Source of the DNA: a virus
Lineage: Duplodnaviria > Caudoviricetes
IMG/VR virus record: IMGVR_UViG_2643221933_000001
Location: 1-64,000 of that record
Reading direction: 5' to 3' (one strand)
DNA length: 64,000 nt
Shown here: positions 26,459 to 35,513 of the stretch, piece by piece
Layout: each line of letters begins with the position of its first letter
Position numbering within the stretch: the stretch's first letter is position 1
Position numbers and translations under genes: made by a program
The notes under the pieces: generated by a model
What the model saw: only the letters and a program-made list of their open reading frames with translations
What the model was told of the DNA's origin: nothing
The model's database searches: none

Positions 26459-28856
26459 CATCTTCGCCACCCACGCGCCGCTCTACTGGGCCGCTGGCCT
26501 GCCGGCGATCCCGCTGATCTACGAGAACAAGCGCCCCGCGATCCCGCGCTGGCAGACCTACTCCGACGCTTTCCCGACCAAGGATGAGCAGCAGGGCTGG
26601 CTGAACGCCTTCGCATCCGGCAACATCGGTCTGCCGATGGGTCCGGCCGCGGGTCTGGTCGCGATCGACATCGACTCCGAAGATCCAGTTGTGCTGCAGG
26701 TTCTCGACCGCATCCTGCCGCCGAGCCCGTGGCACCGCGTCGGCCGCAAGGGTCGGGTCCAGATCTATCGCTGGTCCGGCGAGCGTACGGCCCGCATCAA
26801 GGCCGAAGACGGCTCGATGATCTGCGAAATCCTGTCGAAGGGTACGCAGTTCGTGCTGCCGCCGTCGATCCATCCGGACACCAAGCAGCCCTACACGGCG
26901 AACGGCGATCTCTGGGAGATCGCGAAGAACGCCCCTGCCCTGCCCCATGACTTCGAGCGTGTGCTGAAGGGCGCGTTGCGCGAGGCAGGCATCCCGGTTT
27001 CAACCGGCGGCGGTGGCAAGACGGCCAGCTATGTGCCGGCCGGCGCCCGCGATGCGACCATGGTGTGGATGGCCGGCCTGCTGGCCCGCGCCGTGCTCCG
27101 CGGCGAGCGCCCGCTGCTCCAGGTTCTGGGTGAGATGCAGGCGTGGGTGGAGAACTTCGTCGAGAAGGTCGTCGGGGATCCGCTCAGCGTCGACAAGGCT
27201 CAGCGCAAGGTCGTCGAGTTCCTCGTCCGCGACGTGACGTCCGAGGCTCGCAAGGCCCTGCCGCTCGGCTGGGACGAGGGTCTGAGCGCCGAAGAGATCG
27301 AGCGCCTGGGTCTGACCTTCACGGAGGACGACAAGACGTGGTCCGTGCAGATGATCCTCGACATGCTGGCGGCTGAGTTCGAACGTCACCCTGAGCCGCG
27401 CTCCGAGGGTCGGATGTCGGCCATCAACGTCGCGCTCGATCGGATCGTCCGGTCGAACCCCGTCATGGGCCCGCTCGACGAGGGTATGGTCCTCAAGTTC
27501 ATCACCTCGCAGCAGGCCGGCAGCATCTCGCTGACCGATCTGAAGAAGCAGCTGCTCACCCTGCGCCGCGGCGACATCCTCGGTGAGACGCATGCTGAGC
27601 TGGCCGAGGCCTGCCTCTCGTTCCTGCGGGTCTATGGTGACGTCCGCTATGACGCTTCGGCGTTCTGGCAGTGGCGCGGGGCTGCTTGGGTGAAGTGCCA
27701 AGAGCCCGAGCTGCTGAAGATCATCGCTGAGAACTACGGCTCGTACCCGGCCGGCCGGCGCCAGTCCGACCACAGCGGGATTTTGAAAGTCATGAAGGCG
27801 ATCGCCGCCTCCCCGCTGCGGAACTCGTACGTGAAGGGCGTCAATTTCGCCAACGGCTACCTGACGGAGAAGATCGAGCTGGTCGCCCACGCGGAAGATT
27901 TCGGCATGACCTACACCCTGCCCTACCGGTACATGCCGGAAAAGGCCGGCCACATGCCGATGTTCGACCAGTTCCTGAACGATTGCTGGGCGACGGACCC
28001 CGACTACGGCGACAAGCTGCTGGCTCTGCAGGAGGCGATCGGCGTCTCGCTCATGGCTCGGGCGCCGGATTACGAGATGGCGTTCCTCCTGTTCGGCCAG
28101 GCTGGGTCGGGTAAGTCGGTACTGCAGTCGATCATGAAGGGACTCGTCCCGTTTGGCTCGAGCGCCTCGATTGCGCCGACCGACTGGGGTGACCGGTTCC
28201 TGCCGGCCGAGATGTTCGGCAAGATCATCAACTTCGCGGGTGAGCTGTCGGAGACGCGGCCGATCCCGGGCGACATCTTCAAGAAGGTCGTGTCGGGCGA
28301 GAGCATGACGGTCCAGTACAAGAACGGTCAGCCCTTCAATTTCGATCCGGAAGCGGCTCACTGGTTCAATTCGAACTTCCTGCCGAAGACGCGGGACAGC
28401 TCGGAAGGGTTCAATCGTCGCTGGCTGATCCTCGAGTTCAACAACAGGGTCGATCCGTCGAAGCGCATCATCGATCTGGATCAGCAGATCCTCGAGCATG
28501 AGCGTGAAGCGATCGTCGCCTGGGCCATTCAGGGCTACAAGCGGGTGCTGGATCAGGGCAAGTTCACGATGCCGACGTCGTGCCTCGCGCTGGTGGAGTC
28601 GATGGCAGCGGACAACAACACGGTTCGTCACTTCCTGACGTCGCCGGGGACGCCGCTGAAGTGGGGCGTCGAGCACAGCATCGCGATGCCGGACCTTCAC
28701 ACCCACTATTGGCAGTTCATGCTGTCGACGGGGGCGTCGAACCGGGCGAACCTCACGAAGTTCGCGAAGCTGATGAAGGAGCTGTCGGGAAGCCTGCCGT
28801 TTCAGATCGATATCCGCGGGAACGGCGAGCTGAGCTACCTGGGCGTGGGGGTCTAG
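26448..28856 (+). CDS. Bifunctional primase-polymerase fused to a D5-like SF3 helicase
   Basis: NIGL..G...LVAIDID, VLPPSIHP, GQAGSGKS Walker A, NFLP, GFNRRW. Confidence 0.92.
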   Translation: MVSNIFATHAPLYWAAGLPAIPLIYENKRPAIPRWQTYSDAFPTKDEQQGWLNAFASGNIGLPMGPAAGLVAIDIDSEDPVVLQVLDRILPPSPWHRVGRKGRVQIYRWSGERTARIKAEDGSMICEILSKGTQFVLPPSIHPDTKQPYTANGDLWEIAKNAPALPHDFERVLKGALREAGIPVSTGGGGKTASYVPAGARDATMVWMAGLLARAVLRGERPLLQVLGEMQAWVENFVEKVVGDPLSVDKAQRKVVEFLVRDVTSEARKALPLGWDEGLSAEEIERLGLTFTEDDKTWSVQMILDMLAAEFERHPEPRSEGRMSAINVALDRIVRSNPVMGPLDEGMVLKFITSQQAGSISLTDLKKQLLTLRRGDILGETHAELAEACLSFLRVYGDVRYDASAFWQWRGAAWVKCQEPELLKIIAENYGSYPAGRRQSDHSGILKVMKAIAASPLRNSYVKGVNFANGYLTEKIELVAHAEDFGMTYTLPYRYMPEKAGHMPMFDQFLNDCWATDPDYGDKLLALQEAIGVSLMARAPDYEMAFLLFGQAGSGKSVLQSIMKGLVPFGSSASIAPTDWGDRFLPAEMFGKIINFAGELSETRPIPGDIFKKVVSGESMTVQYKNGQPFNFDPEAAHWFNSNFLPKTRDSSEGFNRRWLILEFNNRVDPSKRIIDLDQQILEHEREAIVAWAIQGYKRVLDQGKFTMPTSCLALVESMAADNNTVRHFLTSPGTPLKWGVEHSIAMPDLHTHYWQFMLSTGASNRANLTKFAKLMKELSGSLPFQIDIRGNGELSYLGVGV

Positions 28857-28938
28857 TTATGGACCCACGGGCACCTTGCAATAAAGCGGGAGGTTCGTCA
28901 CAACCATACATCTGAACAACTCGGAACGCACTTCGCTA

Positions 28939-30084
28939 ATGGTCTACACTGCAGTAACGTTTGACACTCAGATCTTTCGCACCAACAGTTTTGACTTTGA
29001 TGGGGGCCTGCTCAATCAGTTAAAAAAATTGCGGCACGATTCTATCGACGTAGTTGTGTCAGAAATAGTAATTAGCGAGATACTGAAACAGCTTACTGAG
29101 TATACCCAGCAGCTAATGAGTAATTTAGATTCGGCGCAAAAAAAGGCGCGGGATGCTAATATAATTCCTGCGTCGGTTTATGATCTTGGCCGTGATCAAG
29201 CGGCCCAGATTGCTCTGAAGAGGCTTAAAGATTACCTTAATTTTCTCAATGTTATCGTTATCAAATATGATGGCTTGAAGCTCACAGAACTTTTCGACCA
29301 TTATTTTGCACGAAAACCGCCATTCTCAGCAGGGAAAAAGTCTGAGTTCCCCGATGCCGTTGCATTACTCACGTTAGACGCTTGGGCGGAAAAATGTGGG
29401 GCAAAAATACTTGCTATTAGCGGAGATAAAGACTGGTTTTTGTATAGTGGTGTATCCGCGCACATCGACGTAGTCGAGGATATTGCGAGTGCGCTAGACC
29501 GATTAAATCCTCAGTCGGATGAGGGTAGAGTTATCGCAGGGCATGCCCTGGATCTGATAGCTTCAGGAAGTGAACCTGAACTTATCGAGCGAATGAATCT
29601 ACTAATTCAGGATTCGCTCGACAACGCGCGCGTCGACGCTTCTGCTGATAGCCACTATCACGTTGAAGCCGATGACGTGACGCTACTACTTAGAGATTTC
29701 AAAATCCGAGATACTTCGGATTTTGATCTATTGCTCGAAGCTGAGGACAAGAGTGAACTTGTAGTAGCTATCCAAGCAGATCTCGTAGTCGAGGCCACAA
29801 CGGAATTTCGTCTCTCGGTGTATGACAAGAAAGACAAGCAGTATTCTGGTTTGGGCACGACCCCCATGCGTATATTCGAAACGTTAGACGCGCAGCTCCT
29901 CCTCACTTTGACAAACCTAAAAGGCAAGATTGGCGTCTCAAAACTTGAGATTACAAAACTTCCGAAATGGATCGATTTTGGGTTAGTTGAGCTAAGTTTC
30001 GCAAATGATTATTGGCTGGAACGATTTGATGAGTTGCTCGAATCGGAATCTAGCAGCGGACTAGATGATGATATTCCAATCTAG
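28939..30084 (+). CDS. PIN-domain protein (DUF4935-like), AT-rich moron
   Basis: FDTQIF, PPFSAGKKSEFPDA and SGDKDW motifs; low GC; own terminator. Confidence 0.8.
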   Translation: MVYTAVTFDTQIFRTNSFDFDGGLLNQLKKLRHDSIDVVVSEIVISEILKQLTEYTQQLMSNLDSAQKKARDANIIPASVYDLGRDQAAQIALKRLKDYLNFLNVIVIKYDGLKLTELFDHYFARKPPFSAGKKSEFPDAVALLTLDAWAEKCGAKILAISGDKDWFLYSGVSAHIDVVEDIASALDRLNPQSDEGRVIAGHALDLIASGSEPELIERMNLLIQDSLDNARVDASADSHYHVEADDVTLLLRDFKIRDTSDFDLLLEAEDKSELVVAIQADLVVEATTEFRLSVYDKKDKQYSGLGTTPMRIFETLDAQLLLTLTNLKGKIGVSKLEITKLPKWIDFGLVELSFANDYWLERFDELLESESSSGLDDDIPI

Positions 30085-30107
30085 AGGCGCCTTTAGGCGC
30101 CTTTTTT
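30085..30107 (+). terminator. Intrinsic terminator
   Basis: AGGCGCC/GGCGCCT stem plus T-tract. Confidence 0.75.
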
Positions 30108-30133
30108 CGTTGCAAAAACAGCGATCTACAGGT

Positions 30134-30148
30134 GGGTACACTGTACTC
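30134..30148. promoter_or_regulatory. 15-bp palindromic operator-like site
   Basis: GGGTAC-ACT-GTACTC. Confidence 0.55.
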
Positions 30149-30440
30149 GCAACATTCTGCTATGGGCGGATCGAGGTTTTTGCGTCAAGTTTTGGGTCAA
30201 CGGAACACGGATCGAGGTTCGGGGCCCTATGATAGCAGTCGGAATTTCGAAAAATTTCCCGGAGTTTGTCTGACCCTATTAAGGGCCAATACCTCAATAA
30301 AATCATAGAATTACGTGGTACCCTTCGTGTGCAAAGCGTGCGGCCAGGGTCTAGGTTGGTGACAGTCGATCGATGGATCGGCGGGGCGGGGTCCGTGATG
30401 GGCCTTCGTCTCGATGGGGGACGTGTGTCCTCCGGTCACT

Positions 30441-30483
30441 TCTCCCCCACGGGGGAAAACGAAACTCTCCCCCACGGGGGAAA
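30441..30483 (+). repeat. Two direct copies of an 18-bp hairpin unit
   Basis: TCTCCCCCACGGGGGAAA at 30441-30458 and 30466-30483. Confidence 0.85.
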
Positions 30484-30502
30484 CAAGCGAAGGCGCAAGA
30501 CA

Positions 30503-31267
30503 ATGGCTAACGAAGTTAAGTCTAACGAAGTCAAGGCTACTGAAGTAAAGGCAACGGGCTATCAGACGGCGACGGTGGTCGCACGTATCATGGACATGGA
30601 CGTTGACGCACAAGGTAATGCTGAAAAAGCAGCTTGGAAAAGATACATGGGCCTTGCGCTTCTGGCCATTGCCAAGGGCGTGGATAAGAAGAAGCTGATT
30701 GAAGCCGTCTTCGGCAAGGGCGGCAAGGCCAGCAAGACATTCCAGAATATGTATTCCATGGCCGACAAGGCGCGGAACACGGTGCTCGGCAACCGGTCAT
30801 GGGACGAAATTCGCGCCATGAACATGGACGAAGCGACGGCCACGGTGCTGACCATGATCAATCGGCACATGCTAACGCTCGATGTGTCGAGCAAGAATGA
30901 CTATGACAAGGTTTGCAACCTGTCTCCGTCCGAAGCGGCCGCAAAGCGCGAAGCGGACAAAGCGGCCGCTAATGAAGAAGCGGCTGAAAAGATTGCCAAG
31001 GCCGAAGCCGATGCAGCGGCCGCGACCGAAGCCGAAGCCGAAGCGCAAAGCAAGGCGGATGCAAAGCCGGAACGTACGGCGGCCGAAGCGGCAATCGGGG
31101 CACTGGCCGAAGCAAGCCGCGATGACTTGATGACGGTCATGGCCCACATCGTCGGCCGCATGAGCGTTGACGACATGCACATGATGCATGAGCAGCTGGC
31201 CGCGATGCTGGCCAATGCCAAGCCGGTCGCAGTCGAGGCGACGGAAGCCGAAGCCGCCGCGGCCTAA
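30503..31267 (+). CDS. Hypothetical early protein with an Ala/Glu-rich linker
   Basis: Likely start MANEVKSNEVKATEVKATG; codon style differs from neighbours; hairpin downstream. Confidence 0.75.
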   Translation: MANEVKSNEVKATEVKATGYQTATVVARIMDMDVDAQGNAEKAAWKRYMGLALLAIAKGVDKKKLIEAVFGKGGKASKTFQNMYSMADKARNTVLGNRSWDEIRAMNMDEATATVLTMINRHMLTLDVSSKNDYDKVCNLSPSEAAAKREADKAAANEEAAEKIAKAEADAAAATEAEAEAQSKADAKPERTAAEAAIGALAEASRDDLMTVMAHIVGRMSVDDMHMMHEQLAAMLANAKPVAVEATEAEAAAA

Positions 31268-31457
31268 GCCTCCCGGCCTCCCCTACGGGGGAGGCCTTGC
31301 CCACCACCACAATCTAGGGTCGCGTATCATTCGCATGTGCCTAGTGGCGCGTGTCGAAAGTCGACGACCCGTGTCTCGCGAACCTGGTTCGCGGACCTGA
31401 TCCGCTGCCCATGCGGCAGAATTTCCTCTCAAAAACCGCGAAGGATGGAGTTTCGAA

Positions 31458-31859
31458 ATGATCCTCGAAACCACGAACCCGAAATACCTCACCCGCCCCC
31501 AAATTCCAGCCGGCCGCAAGTTCGCGTTCCAGACGCATGACCGCGCCGACCTCGAGTATATTAGCGATGGCACACGATCCATGGCTCGGGGCGAACTCCA
31601 AACCGAAAACTTCGTCGATCGCAAGCCTCATGAGGCCCCGATCCCGAACCGCGAACCCCAGCCGAAACCGCGTGGCTCGTCCCTCACGCTGTTTGACGAG
31701 GCCCACGATGCGCCGCTCTGGCTCATCATCGACCTCACGACGGGTGTGGTTTTCGCTCGGGTTCGCGGTTCGCTGCCCTGGGTCGTGGATCAGGTTCGCC
31801 TGGCCGCATCCCAGCTCGGCGGCAAGGAAAGCGACCTTTATTACAAAAGGGCAAACTAA
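31458..31859 (+). CDS. Hypothetical protein
   Basis: GGAG RBS; 133 aa. Confidence 0.65.
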   Translation: MILETTNPKYLTRPQIPAGRKFAFQTHDRADLEYISDGTRSMARGELQTENFVDRKPHEAPIPNREPQPKPRGSSLTLFDEAHDAPLWLIIDLTTGVVFARVRGSLPWVVDQVRLAASQLGGKESDLYYKRAN

Positions 31860-32080
31860 TGTTCCAGAACACCTTCGAGCATGGATACCACGACGGTATC
31901 CGGGGTCGTCAGCGGCTCCTCAACAACCCCGACTACCGCTCTGGCTACGAGACGGGGTGCAAGCGCCTCAAGTCTGACCAGCGGCTCAGCCTCTGGGTCA
32001 GCGCGTTCCTGATCCTCGTGGTCGCCGTGGCCATCACGGTGCTTGCCGCCAATGCGGTTGCGCAGGGGATGCCGGTATGA
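31859..32080 (+). CDS. Small membrane protein
   Basis: GYHDG...Y..GYETG motif plus C-terminal TM segment; TAATG coupling. Confidence 0.65.
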   Translation: MFQNTFEHGYHDGIRGRQRLLNNPDYRSGYETGCKRLKSDQRLSLWVSAFLILVVAVAITVLAANAVAQGMPV

Positions 32081-32250
32081 CGGAGTTCTTCTACCTGGAC
32101 CGGCATGGCCGGCTGATGGGCTCCCTCATGGCGTTCAACTTTCGCGATGCCCATTCGTGGCTCACGCGACAGGGTGTCACCTACCACGAGGTGACGAAGT
32201 TCAAGCCGCGGGTTCGCAAGGGTCGGGACCGCAGGGTGGCTGTGGTTTGA
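32077..32250 (+). CDS. Hypothetical protein, 57 aa
   Basis: Not in track; MTEFFYLDRHGRLMGSL...; ATGA overlap. Confidence 0.55.
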   Translation: MTEFFYLDRHGRLMGSLMAFNFRDAHSWLTRQGVTYHEVTKFKPRVRKGRDRRVAVV

Positions 32251-32299
32251 GGGCTGACTCGAAGATCGGAATCGGGTTCGGGTTCGGCCACAGTGGTGT

Positions 32300-32540
32300 G
32301 GCTGAACGAGAGTACAGTGTATAGGGATTTTCCTAGTCCGGTTACTTTGAAGGCCCTTTTATTATATCTTCTTTTTCTTCTACTTTCCCTTAGAGAGAGA
32401 GAAAGGAGTATAGTGTATAAAGAAAGCAGTAGGGTAGTTAGTCACCCTCTGTTTTGGGATTAGTCCCAATCTACCCGCGTGGCTAAAACCGCCACAGCAG
32501 CCCACCAGCGGCGATCCTCCCCTGCAGGGGAGCACCACAC
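32300..32540. other. AT-rich non-coding region, candidate lytic origin/control region
   Basis: Pyrimidine tract followed by purine tract; GAGTA(C/T)AGTGTATA at 32310 and 32406; palindromes. Confidence 0.45.
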
Positions 32541-32592
32541 CACCCAGACCCACAAAATGCCTGTAGCCCTCGGATGCAACCACGGGAAATGA

Positions 32593-32898
32593 ATGTCCAT
32601 GTCTAGTCACCGCTTTGACATCCAACCAATCGCCAACTCGAACCGCGGGCCGGTCTACGAGGTCCGCTTCCGAGGCGAGACCCTCATCCCGCGAACCGCG
32701 AAGCCGGCCGCGGACGCATGTCGCGCCCTTCAGGCCCTCGGTTTGACCGGGCAAGCCGAGATGTGGGGCGATGACAAGCACCGCATGACCTTCCCCAACC
32801 TCGAGCGGGCCGCGCTCTTCACCACGACTGAGGGTGAGATGAGCGGCCCCAAGATCATCAAGTACGTGCCCTTCAATCGTGGAGCATTCGAGTCATGA
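32593..32898 (+). CDS. Hypothetical protein
   Basis: 101 aa; DACRAL.A.G.TG motif. Confidence 0.7.
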   Translation: MSMSSHRFDIQPIANSNRGPVYEVRFRGETLIPRTAKPAADACRALQALGLTGQAEMWGDDKHRMTFPNLERAALFTTTEGEMSGPKIIKYVPFNRGAFES

Positions 32899-33059
32899 AC
32901 CTGACCGGCAACACCCGCTACCGCGCCAACTGGCGCGCCAAACTCATCCTCCAGGTCGAAGAGACCTAGATGCGTGACCCGGTCGACGGGTTCTCGATGC
33001 CAACCCGCTGCACCTGGTGGCGCGATGCTCGGGTCGAAGACCTACCAATCACCGCCTAA
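32895..33059 (+). pseudogene. Small gene interrupted by an in-frame TAG
   Basis: MNLTGNTRYRANWRAKLILQVEET*MRDPVDGFSMPTRCTWWRDARVEDLPITA; GGAG RBS; ATGA overlap. Confidence 0.55.
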
Positions 33060-33129
33060 CCCCCTCCCCCTTCATCCAACCCTTGAACCGCGATCCCGAA
33101 CCAAAACCGGGTCCGCGAATGGAGACGTC

Positions 33130-33705
33130 ATGCGAAATCCCCTCGAAATCCTCACCCAGGCACAGAACCTGATCCGCGATCCAAACCATTGGACACAGGG
33201 TGCCTACGCTCGAAACGAGCACGGCCACTCCCTGATGATCGACGACGACGGCGTCACCTGCTTCTGCTCCCTCGGGGCGCTGCGCAAGGCAGCGAACAGC
33301 GATCTCTACCCACCAGGATTTTCCTATCTGCAGGCTGCGGCCAGGCAGCTGGATGACAGCCCTAACCTCGTCGACTTCAACGACGAGCACACCCACGCCG
33401 AGGTGATGGCGCTCTGGGACAAGGCCCGTGAACTGGCCGGCGCTCGCCTGTTCAACTGCTGCACGGACCACGCCACTCCGGACTGGACCCGCTTCGACGG
33501 CCTCGAATTGGGAGGCTGCACCGATGACGAGGGCTACACGAATGGTGGCATCGACCGCAAGGACGCCGAGTTCTTCACGATCTACGGCCACCTCAAGGAA
33601 GGCGGCGTCGAGGCCCTCACCGATGTGAAGGACTTCAACGACGCTCAGCTCGTCCTGGCCGAGCTTGCGAGCATCTCCGATCTCCCCACCTCGATCGTGT
33701 GCTGA
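33130..33705 (+). CDS. DUF6197-like domain fused to a second domain
   Basis: W.QG.YAR...CFCSLGA...FND..TH.EV; GGAG RBS. Confidence 0.7.
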   Translation: MRNPLEILTQAQNLIRDPNHWTQGAYARNEHGHSLMIDDDGVTCFCSLGALRKAANSDLYPPGFSYLQAAARQLDDSPNLVDFNDEHTHAEVMALWDKARELAGARLFNCCTDHATPDWTRFDGLELGGCTDDEGYTNGGIDRKDAEFFTIYGHLKEGGVEALTDVKDFNDAQLVLAELASISDLPTSIVC

Positions 33706-33706
33706 C

Positions 33707-33817
33707 ATGCGCCGCATCTCGAAATCCGAATGGTATCGGATCGGCGGGTTCCGGAACTCCAAATGCTTCCGGCGCGGCACCCCTGACGGCTGGACCTATT
33801 GGGTGACCATCTGGTGA
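33707..33817 (+). CDS. Small hypothetical protein, 36 aa
   Basis: MRRISKSEWYRIGGFRNSKCFRRGTPDGWTYWVTIW fills the gap and overlaps the next start. Confidence 0.5.
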   Translation: MRRISKSEWYRIGGFRNSKCFRRGTPDGWTYWVTIW

Positions 33818-34002
33818 CCCCCGAACGCGCCCTCCTCCGCAGGATCGAGCATTGGGCCCAGACCAAATGCCCCTGCAAGAACGAACAGCCGAACCCCTGC
33901 CCGCTGTGCGGGGCTTCGGTCGAGAACCTCGAGCCTTGCAAGGCCGTCGAGAACATCTTCCCCCGCGACATCCTCCGCGAACTGCGAGACATCCTCCGAT
34001 GA
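33814..34002 (+). CDS. Small Cys-rich (zinc-finger) protein
   Basis: CPC...CPLCG; GTGA overlap. Confidence 0.55.
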   Translation: MTPERALLRRIEHWAQTKCPCKNEQPNPCPLCGASVENLEPCKAVENIFPRDILRELRDILR

Positions 34003-34256
34003 AAAAGATCCTGACCCTCAGCCTCCTGGGCCTCGCCCTTGTCTCATGCCAAGCCGAATACGAAGCCGTGAAACGGCGCGAACTTCGTGAAGTTCAGGCC
34101 AAAATGCCCAGCGACTGCCAGCTCTATGATCTGGGAGATTACGGCCGGATCGACCAGCTCGTGATGATCCGCTGCCCCGACAGCCAGACTACGACGACGG
34201 GCTATGACCGGGCCGGCAAGACCCAGCATATCTCGGCAGTTCAGGTGAACGGCTGA
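33999..34256 (+). CDS. Lipoprotein
   Basis: MKKILTLSLLGLALVSC lipobox. Confidence 0.7.
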   Translation: MKKILTLSLLGLALVSCQAEYEAVKRRELREVQAKMPSDCQLYDLGDYGRIDQLVMIRCPDSQTTTTGYDRAGKTQHISAVQVNG

Positions 34257-34258
34257 TC

Positions 34259-34528
34259 ATGGGCGACCGAGGCATCGCCATCCTGTCGGGCAACCACATG
34301 GCTGCACTCGCAGCTGTGGTCGCCGCGACCCAGAACCCGTTCCTGATCCAGAGCCCGAACCCCCGCGACATGTTGAGGCTCGACAACCTCGATCTCTACG
34401 GAGCGCCCAAGGACATCCACCGTGGCCCGATCCGTCTGGGTAATTCCCCACCCGTCCATCGGGTGGCTGACCCTGCAACGAAAGCGGCCCGCAAGGCGCA
34501 GCGCAAAGCTCGAAGGAAGTCCCGTTAA
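34259..34528 (+). CDS. Hypothetical protein with a basic tail
   Basis: 89 aa; ends KAARKAQRKARRKSR. Confidence 0.6.
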   Translation: MGDRGIAILSGNHMAALAAVVAATQNPFLIQSPNPRDMLRLDNLDLYGAPKDIHRGPIRLGNSPPVHRVADPATKAARKAQRKARRKSR

Positions 34529-34543
34529 AGACGGACTAACATT

Positions 34544-34837
34544 TCACAGATGTTTTGGCTTAGGTGTAAGGAGCTTGTCTTCCTGCTTCTCTCTAAGCCT
34601 CTCAATAACCTTCTCACGCTGCGCTAACGTGAGATGTTGCATACAATTGCTGCCAGATCTCGCAGACTCTCTAACCATCGATACCCAGGATTTAGCTCCC
34701 CCAAATAAGTCGAGGGTGAGAGCGCTTTTAATAAACTCCAATCCTGCTTTGTGCGCTGGCTCGTTCGCATCGTTCACGCACTTCTCGAAGTCTTTCCAGC
34801 GCTGCTCGTCAGTCCGGTTGTCTACGTCTGTCATCAC
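34544..34837 (-). CDS. Hypothetical protein (AT-rich insert)
   Basis: 97 aa; GAGG RBS. Confidence 0.55.
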   Translation of the reverse strand: MMTDVDNRTDEQRWKDFEKCVNDANEPAHKAGLEFIKSALTLDLFGGAKSWVSMVRESARSGSNCMQHLTLAQREKVIERLREKQEDKLLTPKPKHL

Positions 34838-35000
34838 GTCGTTCCTCTGTCACACCGAGTGTTGGATTATAATCACGATATGCACGAACCCATCGCCTCA
34901 ACTCTCTCGACCCCTGAATGACGACTGTCAGAAAGGCACCTAACGCTGCGAGCAGCGTCACTATGTCCTGGACCATACTTGTACTCCTTAACTGGAGCAC
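34809..35000 (-). CDS. Small single-TM protein (AT-rich insert)
   Basis: AAGGAG before internal ATG (MVQDIVTLLAALGAFLTVVI), so the true start is probably near 34976. Confidence 0.55.
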   Translation of the reverse strand: MLQLRSTSMVQDIVTLLAALGAFLTVVIQGSRELRRWVRAYRDYNPTLGVTEERRDDRRRQPD

Positions 35001-35156
35001 ATTCTAGGAGTTGTTGGTTTCAAATTCGTTAATAAAACGTAAAAGCGAATTACGTGAATTCAATGACTTAGCTCAGGAAGTCCGACTTTCTTCCCTATTC
35101 AACCTATCAGCCTCGATTGAATCCTTAACGTTCGAATTCAAGCAGGAACCTCACCC

Positions 35157-35513
35157 ATGAATGAAATCTACAGTGTGCTCGAAAGAGCGCAATCGCTAAT
35201 CCGCGACCCCAAAAACTGGGCGAAGGAGGCCTATGCTCGAGACGAGAATGGGTCAGACGTCACAGAACGGGACTGCAACCTCTATGAGGCAACCGACCCC
35301 CGGGCCACCTGCTGGTGCTCGGTCGGCGCTGTGCTCAAGGTCGCGGACCTCCCGATCTCGACTGACAACCACCCGGCACTGAGCCTGCTTGAGAAAGCGG
35401 CGGGAGGCAGCGGCCCGGGCCTGATCCCAGAGGTGAACGACGGCTCGACGCACGCCGAGATCATGGCGTTGTTCGACAAAGCGAAGGAGCTGGCCCGTGC
35501 ATCAGCTGCCTAG
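35157..35513 (+). CDS. DUF6197-like protein (paralogue of 33130)
   Basis: AQSLIRDPKNWAKEAYAR...CWCSVGA...ND..THAEI. Confidence 0.72.
   Translation: MNEIYSVLERAQSLIRDPKNWAKEAYARDENGSDVTERDCNLYEATDPRATCWCSVGAVLKVADLPISTDNHPALSLLEKAAGGSGPGLIPEVNDGSTHAEIMALFDKAKELARASAA

Noticed and set aside
28914-28927. LexA box upstream of the PIN gene (and GAAC-N5-GAAC near 49952)
   Set aside because: Spacing is 6 or 5 nt rather than the required 7.
30266-30502. N-terminal extension of the 333-aa ORF
   Set aside because: It runs through repeats and hairpins with an unnatural translation; ATG 30503 is more plausible.
32967-32969. Genome-wide amber recoding
   Set aside because: Several clear genes (primase, helicase, TMP) terminate at TAG, and no suppressor tRNA is seen.
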